Assembly (NCBI GenBank): GCA_965203295.1
Contig: CBDBCZ010000012.1
Span: 448,001-512,000, forward strand
Source of the DNA: Nitrospirales bacterium
GTDB taxonomy: Bacteria > Nitrospirota > Nitrospiria > Nitrospirales > UBA8639
Length of the DNA stretch: 64,000 nt
Direction of reading: 5' to 3'
This document shows, piece by piece, positions 1 through 52,512 of the stretch. Made by a program: the position numbers and the translations under genes. Below the pieces are notes generated by a model. It was not told where the DNA came from and made no database searches. It was given only the letters and a program-made list of their open reading frames with translations. Numbering within the stretch: the stretch's first letter is position 1; every line of letters begins with the position of its first letter.

Positions 1-901
1 TCATCAAAACATCAAACAAAAGTAGCCAGCGAGGAAACAAAGCCAACCAAACCAAAGCGTAAATTGAGAAAGAAAAGTAAAAAAGAGGAATCCTCTGCAG
101 CCAAAATACCCCCCACAGCAGACGCTGGTGATGATGTGACCTACCACGCAAAGCCTTTGGACCAGGAAACGCAAATCACAGCAGTTCAAGTGGCTCATGA
201 TGACCTAGCTCTAGAGCATGCAGTGATTCAGCGTCAGCAGCCCTCCAAGGCGGAACAGAGGAAACTGGAAATTGAAAGAAAGAGGGCAGAGAAGAAGAGA
301 CTAGAACGGCTGAAGGAGGAAGAGGAAGAAAAGAACATCAGCTTGCATGATTTGCTGAATGAGCAAACAGCTAGTTCACCATCCTCAAAAGTTTTAACCG
401 AAGAGGTTGACGAGAAGCGCAATCAAGAGTCTCAAAGTGTTTTGGCACAGCTAGGAGGCGAACGTCAGCAAGCCTTACTGGCAGAGCTAGAAGAAGCGAA
501 GTTGAGAGAACAAAGACTATTACTAGCTTTCAGTGGTGACAGCATTGAAGAAAGCCTTTGTGAATCTATAGATTCGGCTGATGAATCAATAAAGAAAGCA
601 AAAGAAGCAAAAGAAAAATTCAGAGTTGCGCAGAGTTTGAAACTGGAGCAGGAGAGGTATGTATACTATGTAGACACTCATTTAAATTGCCTTTCAGAGC
701 ATGGGACTGAAGAAATGTTGGCAAATGTAATTGCCAACATTAGGAGGATTGAGGTATGCTAGACCCAAGAAACTGGACATAGTACCATGCACTTCCCTCT
801 CCCCTTTTAAAATGCTAAGTACACTGTGATTTCTCTATCACTGTGCGTGGTGTAGTTTAACTCTTCTTCTTTCACCCTAGACAAAAGGACAGCAATACTG
901 A
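1..901 (+). CDS. 3' part of an unidentified Lys/Glu-rich coiled-coil protein gene (exons <1-753 and 881-901)
   Basis: The frame is open from base 1 to a GAG|GTATGC donor at 753. An acceptor TTCACCCTAG at 880 leads to a terminal exon TKGQQY-TGA. The product has charged helical composition (EIERKRAEKKRLERLKEEEEEK). No family recognised. Confidence 0.7.
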
Positions 902-1660
902 ACCCAGTGTTGTGTTCGAAAGGCTACACAGAGTAAAAGACAATCAGCGAATGAAACCTGAACTTGTATGTCCGAAGTCCACATCCAGACCTTACGTGTA
1001 TAGTTATTTTAGGTATGTTCCTTCGGGTCATGAGGTTAGACAGAAGAAACCGAAGGAAAGATTAAGGCACCAAAAATAGTGTTTGCCACTTTACAGAAGT
1101 GCCTGTAATCTGCTTTGTGAATGTGACAGTTCTACTGATCATTATAATTTTTATGTATCATTATTTTGCAATCCTGGAAACCCTGTATGTATGTTATATC
1201 GCATTAATTACTGTTTGCACCAAAATAATTGGTATGTGATGTGTGCCATATCTAGAGGTTTTTAGTGTTGTATTATTATTGCAACCGAACCAGTATACAG
1301 AGTTGTCAGAATTAAGTACGTACATCCGGTCTCGTGCCGAAACAGAATTCTGTCTGGTCTGGGCCATGGCCCGTGGGCACGGTCCGGCGCCGGCCGGTTC
1401 AATACGGTACACGTAACACCAATACCGTTCCGTTTACTGATGTTGATGTTGTTACTGCGATCCGATCGGCTAATGGTATCTCTGTAGATTAGTGTAGTAC
1501 AGCGCCTTGTGAGACTAACACAGTAACACCAGCTCTCAGTTTCTAGCAATGCTGTAGATCAAGTTAGCCTAATTAGTAGAAAAAGCCAATAACTGTTTTG
1601 TTGGCACATTGGTCTGGAGGGTGTGCCGCTGGCGACTGAAGGGTGTAACACAGGCCCACA

Positions 1661-43516
<41,856 letters not shown>

Positions 43517-43557
43517 CTTACCGAGTTAATGCACATCTAGATATTATAGTCACCAAA

Positions 43558-43567
43558 AATAAATAAA
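43558..43567 (+). terminator. Polyadenylation signal of MRCK
   Basis: AATAAATAAA about 42 nt after the TAA stop, followed by GT-rich sequence. Confidence 0.55.
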
Positions 43568-44246
43568 AAGGTGTGTATTTAAAGGAATTAAGTTTGGATT
43601 ATATAAACTGAATTATATCATATAGCCCTACACATATGCAGTGGATTTTGTACTGGCTCCTTTATACATTTCTGAATGTGATATTTATAGTTGCATTAAA
43701 TTTGCTGTAGAATGTCGAAAGAACTGTTAGTATCATCAGTAACTGCAGTATCCTATTTTGTTGAGTGTACATGCTGCCTTATAGAGTTTAGACCACAGTA
43801 CATCAACATTTGACCACTATGCCGTCACTTCTAAGGGACATTTTATCTAGCCTAGCAACCAGTTGCTGCAGCTGGAGACAGGGGTTAACCACATGCAGTT
43901 GTATTGCCTGTGATTCTAAAGTGTGTGAACTTTGTTATTTGAGACAGAATGGACTTACAGGCATGTGTGACTACCCAAATAGGTACAACATAAAAGACTC
44001 TCAATAGCATATTCCACTTATTATTTGCACAACTGTGCTAAGGTTTCATAGTTTTTGATTTGACACTGTATGTATATGCATGAAGAGCTCTAGTCCAACT
44101 TGCATGAGTCAGTGTAACAAACTCGAGCTGAACTTGAGCCTAGCTCCTATACAAAGACCAACTGATTCCTGATGTGAATTATACTGGTACACGTAGGTAT
44201 AGAGGCTTTTACTAATGTTGTTGTCCTCCTCCTAGGGACTCTACAT

Positions 44247-44574
44247 AATAGTTAGACGGCGAGTGCAAGGGATTATGGGATTTAGAAGCCACGAGGGGCC
44301 CGAGGCTGTAGCGTCCGAGCGAAGCGAGGACGCTACTAAGGGCCCCAAGGGCTTCTAAATCCCATAGATCCTGCGCACTCGCCGTCTAAGTTATTTAGAA
44401 TACAGCTTCAGGCGCGTTACCACAGACACATATTCATGACAACACTTACTACAGGCACTTATAATCCACACTAACTCCAGGCACTTATAATCCACAGTAG
44501 CATGGGTAATAAGTGATTTATGACCCACGCTCTTAACCAATCGCATTGCAGGACTACAGTTAGCTGAATTCTAA
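44247..44574. mobile_element. Hairpin element: ~145-nt foldback with GCGAAGC apex plus a second 12-bp inverted pair
   Basis: Paired segments TTAGACGGCGAGTGC/GCACTCGCCGTCTAA, TATGGGATTTAGAAGCC/GGCTTCTAAATCCCATA and GTAGCGTCC/GGACGCTAC. Second pair TTAGAATACAGC (44395) and GCTGAATTCTAA (44563). Confidence 0.7.
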
Positions 44575-45629
44575 TGTAATAATATATTGGTTTACAATTT
44601 GAGGTGTAGTCCAGGCCACCACCTTGCAGTGGTCAGACCTTAATCCCTATAGGTATTTTACCTAGTTACAAACTAACTTAATGTGCCAGCTATACACTCC
44701 CTGGGAACTCCCTTCATGTTCTGTTACAATCTCACTGGCCCCAGGGCACATTGGTGTGGTGGGTGTAGATTGATGTGGCCTCACACTATGCTAGAATTGG
44801 GTTTGTATGGCTGCAGCATTCTGCTGAACCCAAACAAAATTCTTTGAACAGCTGACTGATTCACCCACAGACATCCTCAGCCACTAATGCCACTTAGACA
44901 ATAAGTATGGTAATGAATTCATAGTGCTTGATTGCGTGTGTCAATCAGTAGTACACAAGGGCGATTCATCAGTAGTACACAAGGGTGTAATCCACACACT
45001 GTCTTTAGCCACATTCCACAGTTCTTAATTGAGCATTCATAGACTAACTGCAGTAACCTACGTATGCTGTAGCCATTGATAATCTGCCCTTGTTCTGGGT
45101 AGGATAGTAGACAGCAAACAAACAAAGTGAAGTGGCTATTCAGCAGTCCAATGGTTGATCTTGATTTAAGCATTAGGAAAAGTTATATAGGGCCTAAAGG
45201 CTAACTGTTGGGCTTAGAGCTAGCTGTTGTGTCAATATTGAGAAACAGGCTTCCATCTTCATTCAATTATTATGCAAGATCCAATGTAACACAAGAAATT
45301 GTGATGTTTGCTCTGCTGTGTGTTAAGTGTCAGACAGCGGGTCAACTAAAAAGAATGACACTGCAAAAATTATAGTTGTGCAAACGTTTAGGGTAACAGG
45401 GTTAGGCAACATGTTTTTCACGAGTCATATTAAATTTTAGTGGTGCCGTTCTTTTCAGTTGATCTACATGTACTACAGCAATTATCTATGGCTACAAGAG
45501 TTTAATCTGCACCTCTTCCATTTCAGATGAACTACTTTACCAAAAGCTGGCTGCTACATGTACGTAGAGCAGTTGATGTAATTAGAAACAAAACTAGTTC
45601 GTCACTAAGACAGCACAACGACCCCCTCA

Positions 45630-45770
45630 AACCACAATCAGCTGTTGATCAGCTGTGCCTACGCACATTGCACTGCGCGCGTACGCGACTCCGCCCATTA
45701 CAAAATGCGCCTATTGGTCAGTTTTTGCCGCGAAGTACCGAATGTTACCGCCAAATCTCACCAATACAAC
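45630..45770 (+). promoter_or_regulatory. CpG-rich cell-cycle-type promoter of the cyclin gene (E2F-like sites, CCAAT boxes, GC box)
   Basis: TTTGCCGC at 45724-45731 fits TTTSSCGC; CCGCCAAA at 45748-45755 is TTTGGCGG on the minus strand; ATTGG 45713; CCAAT 45761; CCGCCC 45691. These lie 235-310 nt upstream of the ATG. Confidence 0.6.
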
Positions 45771-46000
45771 GTTCGTAGAAATTTCGTACGGTTGAAAATA
45801 GATAAATACACCCTACGAGCTCAGTCGGGCCGCTCGTGTGTGCACGCTGGAGTTTCAGAAGTGGTTGGGTCTGTCTGCGTTTGCAAGCAGAAAGAGAAAA
45901 TACACCGCTCTCAACGTAAGCAGCGACCCTTCTGTACCCAGCTGATGTACTCGTGCAATACTTTGCTTCTGTAAGCCCGTTGCTGTAGTCTGCGTAGAGA

Positions 46001-49000
46001 ATGAGCGCCCTTGTTTGCACGGAGCTTTCATCCATTCCCGCAATCTCTTCTCGCTTACACGATGATCAAAGACGCCTCCATATTCTGCTGGAACAAGAGG
46101 ATCGCTTCATGCCGAACATCAGCTGCCATCGGATGCAGAAAGTGGTGGATGAAGATCAACGAACAAGAATGCTGGAGGTTATTTACGAGGTCAGTCGTGT
46201 TTGCAGAAGGCAGTAATGGAGGTCTAGTTTGCTTCTGCAGTTTAGACAAGGGAGGAGGGTGTTTTCATAGGTATAGGGGTATAGATCTTGGTGTTTACGA
46301 TTTATGGGCGTAACGGTTATTTTGCAGTGCTCTAATGGCATTTCTTCTATCCTTACTTAGGCTGTGTGCCACAGCAATCCCAGAGGAAGCGACGTCTACC
46401 ATCTTGCTGTGAACTTGCTGGATCGCTACTTATCGTACGAGAGAATCGAGTCCGAGAAGGTCTTCCATGCAATTGCTGGTGCCTGTGCAATGATCAGCAT
46501 GAAGATCAGACGAGCAAGAAAGGAATGCCTAAACTACGAGCAACTTAGATATTACTTCCATAACCTATCCGAGAGAAACATTAGGGTAAGTGGACTATGA
46601 TCATGAATAAATTATATTTTATTGATTAGCGGTATATTGTTTTCTTTCCTGGGTGCCCTATTTGCGTAAGTACCAGGATTTTGGTTTGCTGGATTGAAAC
46701 TGTTATCGCTTGTATTATACACAGTGATATTGCTGGAATAATAATTTCATCAGGTGGTGTTCCCAGAGGAACAACTGGTTGTTTCAGTGTACATAGGATG
46801 ACTGTGGTGGATAGTGCAATTGTATGGCTATGCCCTGGGGTATAGCATTTCCACTCAATGTCCTTGACTCTTGAGACTGGCCATAGCAGCTCTTGCCGTT
46901 CTACACTATAACATTTCTACTTCTGCAAAGAAGGAAGCTAAAAGGATTTCTTTGATACAATACCTTATAACCTAGAATTGAATTTAGTAATTCCCCTCTG
47001 AGTGTGTAAAGTGCCCTCTTCTGCACATCTCAGGGCTTGAGAATTTAATTTCCTGTTTTGTCATCATTCAAGCAAAGCTGTGGACATGCATTTCTGGGCA
47101 CAATGTGTACCCCTCATTCTTGGGGTCTGCTGGCAAAACAATGGCAGTTGGTACTTGTTTAGGGTCAACAATAATTTTTCATCACATTGTCACTTCCTTG
47201 GCTGGATGTGCTGCTGTAATGTTATTAAACAGGTAGCCTGATTCTGATGTACTTTCACGGATGTATAATACTTATTCGCTGATGCTGTACGTTGTCAGTC
47301 AGTGTCTGTGCACTGATAGTGCATTACATGCATAGTTGATGTGCTCATGCTAGAATATTGGAAAAGGTCTGGGTTAATTCTAGAGCAAGTAGCGGCACTA
47401 TGGCTAGAAGACATATTGTCAAGTATATGTAACAGAGTTGCTTTAACCAAATCTACCTGTTACAGTTTCACCCCCTGGTAGATGCTACATGTACTAGTGT
47501 GTCTCATAGCAACCTGGATGTCACTATTCAGTCATAAATTCATTGGTGACCTGAAGGAACGTGTGTACTGTTATGCTTGTGAGTGTGCGTGATTTCCCAT
47601 TGTACAAGGCCTGTTTTGCCTGGAGCGGTCTCTTGGGGACATTCCACCCTCTGCTAAGGGCTATCAGTTCATTGGGAGCAGAGCATGAATCCAAGTGGCT
47701 TACACAATGTAGATCAGATAGGATGAGTGTATGAATTCTCAAGGCTGAATTCACTGTTTGACTGCTCACCACCCCATTTTTCCAAAAGCCAGACAGGATA
47801 TGTGATACTGCCCTCTGGACTTGAAGCTGTAGGTGGGAGATACCAGTCCCATAGTGATTGAACTGCTGTGTAAACCACTATAGGGACTCTGGCATCCTGG
47901 CTGTCTAGGTGTGCTTCCTTATGCAGCACACCAGCTAGGGTGGAGTGCTTATTTGTGTGTGTGTGGAAAATGGGTTCACAGACTGTGGGATCCATTTAGG
48001 ATTTCAGCTAAGTAAGCCTGCAATATGCCCCTGTCTGTTTTTGTGCACTGTAATAGCATGTGTTACACACTGCTGGATTGTTGTGCAGTATTTCTTGGTT
48101 CCAAAAATAATGTATAGCAAGGACAGCCAGAAATGTGACAGTGAGTCACCTTGATATCTGATGATTGTTTGAAAAATAGTCTGGCAAAGACTGCTTAAAC
48201 ACATACCCTCCCTCAGGCTTACCCCCCACAATTAATGTCCTGTGGTCACCCTAGTGATTAATTATTGTCATCAAATCAGGGTAGTGTACCAGATGGGGTA
48301 GTCTCCTCCTCTGTGCTTAGCTTGAGGCCAGAGGAGGGTCTAGCTGGATAGACTACAGACGGGGCACCCCAGGTTCAGCTGTTATGACAGGTGTTTGACA
48401 GGGTGACAAGATTATATTGACAAGTTGATGTTTATTAGCTACTTGGCCTATGGGGATATATGCTGGTCCTGTTTCAGTTGTAAAATTACATTCTTGCCTC
48501 AATCTATTGTGTAGGTGATTGATTACTATGTAGTTGTGATCACTGCCTTCCTTCTTCCTGTGCTGGGTTGGCTATTTGATGTTGGGGACTTTTTCAGAAG
48601 TCATTAACATGTACATCTAGTGCAAACACCACACAATGCATCCTCCAACCTGTTTCATACTTCTTAATATTTATTCCTGCAGACTAAAGAGAAGCAGATT
48701 GCTTCAGAGTTAAAGTGGAATCTTAATGCTGTCACTGCAGCGGATTTTATTGAAGAACTTTCTGCAAGATTAGCACAGTACATGCCACAGGGTACCTTGG
48801 ACAAAGTAATCGACCACTCACACACACTGGCCAACGTCTGCTTATTATGTACGTTGAAACATTTACTTAAAGTTACTTTGTACTTTCCCATACTATTCTT
48901 TCCTAGGCTGTTTCCTCCATACCGTTCTTCAGTGTTTACAGTTGTCCTTTAGATAACAATTGTCTCCCACCTTATGTTTCTATTTGCGATTACCGTGACA

Positions 49001-50013
49001 TCATGGCAGTCAATCTTCTCCCTGTAGACCATACCTTTATGACGGTTCCTCCGTCATTGCTGGCCTGTGCGTGTCTGTGCGATGCTGTTGCCCACCTGGC
49101 TTCTGAGCAGCACTCAAAATGCATGGAAACACTAGCACAACTAGCTGGTCTAGAACAGGTACGTATTGTCTTTGTATGTTGGATCTCTTTGTGCATGTAG
49201 ATTTATTGTAGGACTGCTAATTATGTATCTCACACACACACCTTCATGTCCTCACGAAAGACATTTCTTAAAGCTTTCAGGCCACTATCATTTGGGCCCA
49301 GGGCTCTTGGGTATACTCTATTGATGTAACCACAACTTGGGCATGCATTACAGAAACTCTGAATTGTATAATTATGATCTCATGGTATTGGTTACAAGGC
49401 CATTTCTAAAGGGATAATTATCTCTTCTGGGTGGACCTCTGTCTATGTATACATGTAGGATACACACCCCCTTGTTACAAAACCTCCAAGGTTTATCTCT
49501 TCTGGGTGAACCTCAGTTCTATGGAGGGATACACACCCCTTGTTACAAAACCTCCAAAGATTATCTCTTCTGGGTGGACCTCTGTTCTATGGAGGGATAC
49601 ACACCCCTTGTTACAAAACCTCCAAAAATTATCTCTTCTGGGTGGACCTCTGTTCTGGATACACACCCCTTGTTACAAAACCTCCAAAGATTATCTCTTC
49701 TGGGTGGACCTCTGTTCTATGGAGGGATACACACCCCTTTGTTACAAAACCTCCAAGGATTATCTCTTCTTAGTGCAACACATATCTGTATGTGTTAATT
49801 TGACTATAATTCACATTCGTTAATACCTCTTTTTTTTCTTTGTTACAGGATGTATTATTACAGCAACAAAAGAACGTCAGTGATATCTATCAGCGCAAAC
49901 TCCAATCATGGTCATTAGCAGATACTCCAACTGAAATAGAGGACATAGAAAATTGTGAATATACGAAGAGTTTTACATTCAGTGAGGAAGATCTTTTACG
50001 AAGCTCTTCTTAG
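46001..50013 (+). CDS. CCND: Cyclin D-like protein, 5 exons, about 291 aa
   Basis: Exons 46001-46189, 46361-46585, 48683-48848, 49028-49158, 49849-50013 (876 nt). N-terminal LxCxE (LVCTE); LLEQEDRFMP; cyclin box VYHLAVNLLDRYLS, GACAMISMK, KEKQIASELKWNLNAVTAADF; PPSLLACAC; C-terminal TPTEIEDI degron-like motif. Confidence 0.88.
49418..49770 (+). repeat. Minisatellite, ~68-bp unit x ~5, in cyclin intron 4
   Basis: TTATCTCTTCTGGGTGGACCTCTGTTCTATGGAGGGATACACACCCCTTGTTACAAAACCTCCAAAGA repeated with indels. Confidence 0.92.
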
Positions 50014-52512
50014 TTATTATGATCAGTCATATTCTATTTTGCAGGCTTTCTGCCACTGTTTTTATCTTTTTACCATCCTATCCTCCCTTCTACATTATGT
50101 TACATCAAACCATTGATGTTTTATTTTTTGTGTATGGTATAGACATGTATGTGCATGTACTTATTGTCACACATCACACTTTATGGAGAAAATAGGTTTC
50201 GGTTTCTGTTGGTATTTCATTTCTTTGTAGTGATGTTTTCTAGTGTATGTATTTGCCTTTGAGCAATGAATGTCGTGAACACCTGGTCATTTTCATTGCA
50301 AGTGAATGGTAAAACGGAATCATTAGTTTAATTAGCCCAGAAAAAAATGGGCGGCCAACCCAATTAGGTATTTCATTTAGCCCATCCCACCTTGGATGCT
50401 TCTCAGCCCTTAATTAATATTATTATGGTCCATATAAGAATGGTGCTGCAGTTCTGTCATTTTGATGAGCAATCGCTTGTAGGAAGGTCTGGCCCAGGGG
50501 CACGTTTACCTAGAAATTAAACGTGGTGTGCTTTTGGAAATTTTGATATTTTAATACTCTCTTGTACATGTAGTTCAGTCACTTTATACTGAGTCACATT
50601 CTGAAACTCTATTGAATTTGAATTGAATTGAAGGAACAGGAAAGAATGATGGCCTGTGTAGTCAATGACAACAAAACAATAGTTGTTCAAGTAAAATGCT
50701 TTATTAAACTTAGTTATTAATTGATAACATTATCTCTTTCCCATAAGGAAGAATTATTGCTATTGAGTGGGGACTGGGTGTGCTGAAATTTTATACAAAC
50801 TGAAAAAAGTTAAAAGGCTTTTGACATTAAATTTTGATAAGCACTCATACATATACAATGTGACAGTTGTTCACTTTGCCATTTGCACAATTGACAGCTG
50901 CAAGGCTCACCCCACATGCCAGTGCATGAAGGTACGTCCTAAAGGCATGCATGGTGACCTCCATGAAGGAGGCAGAAGGCTGTGTCTTCAGAATCACAAC
51001 TAAAGTTTTTCTCACCAGCATGTAGCACCACAAGTTTTGTGAAGTACATAATAGTACCAAGTCTAGTTGAGGACGGAATACAAACTATCCAGTCCATACT
51101 AATGTTGCAGTGACTGTTTTGAGGGGGAGTTTTCTACTTCAAATCTTTGAACTTTGCATGCCATCAAGCAACAATACGTAACTCATCCCCATTGTGTTGG
51201 TCATAGTCAACTTGTTGATTTACATTCTGTTGGTAAGGTAAATCTAAAATGAAATCAGCAAAGCAATTTTAGGTACAGTTACTGAGTCAGAATTTGAACT
51301 AGTATGCTGCTAGTTAACAATAATTATACGTAACAAAGCCTTACTTCTAGTAGGCTTGAAGTCCATGGGAGTCTGAACTATCCAATGTCATGCTTATTTA
51401 CATACAGATGTACATACAATATGCTGCATACAGACAACAGACAAATACATAGACTGACAATGTAGTAGTGCCGTTTTAGTATGGCCTCACATAATTAGGT
51501 TTAGTTTTAGTATAAAGGCTAAGAAAGAACGAACAATTAGTTTCAACTATATGAAAAAAGGGTTACTTTGACATGTAGGTGCCAATAAATAAGTTTGGTG
51601 AAAAATTATTAGTAGTTTATTCCTAGCCTCATTCCCAGGCCATTGAAGTTTTAGTCTTAGTTAGTTAACTAAGTCTGTTTTGCTCTCCTAATTCCAGGTA
51701 ACTAAAATGTGGAAAACAGTATAATGTTCGTTGAATGAGTCAAAATGTTAAATAGTTTCTGCAGTATCAGGGTAAAGTCCATCTGTGCACCATGTACACC
51801 ACACACTCTTCAAATAATGTAAATGTACCATCTGATTTGGCTAATTTGTATTGCAGCATATGTCTATATTACCTGCCCGGCCAGACACACTTGTTTTAGG
51901 GGGAGGGAGCAGAAGTTGCTCTCCTTGTAGCCTATGTTGTGTTGTACATGTTCAGTGGTTACTGCATAAGGTGTATGTAAACTATATCAGTGAATAGTGA
52001 TTACCGAAAACACGTTACAGGGATTTGTCCATTGTCTTTACCTTTACTGAGGTTCAGGTGCAAGGCTTAGGGCCCACCCCTTCCATGCAGAGGCCACTGG
52101 TTTACATGACATAGGGTATCACAAAATATGGATTAGGTCATTGATTTACCTGTCACCACCGAAGATAGTATAAAAGAATAGCACAGGCGACTTTGTTCAC
52201 TCCCACTTTACAGTTAATGAAAGTGGGTGGGGCTGCCATACAAGCCCTGCTCACCACTCTGCCATGCTTCTGGGCCAGGATTTTCTCCCAGTCAAAGCAA
52301 ATCATAACTCTAAACTGATGAGGTACAGTCTTTCCATTGATGCCGTGAGAGGGTTTACAGTTTAATATGCATACAGCAGACAAACATAGAGAATTTAATA
52401 ATAATCAATTTCCAAATAATATATGCAGAAACATTTCAGTCCACACAGCGTATAAAGAAAAATTGGAGGTTATCACCAAACTCAACACTACTTAAAAATC
52501 ACGACACACAAG

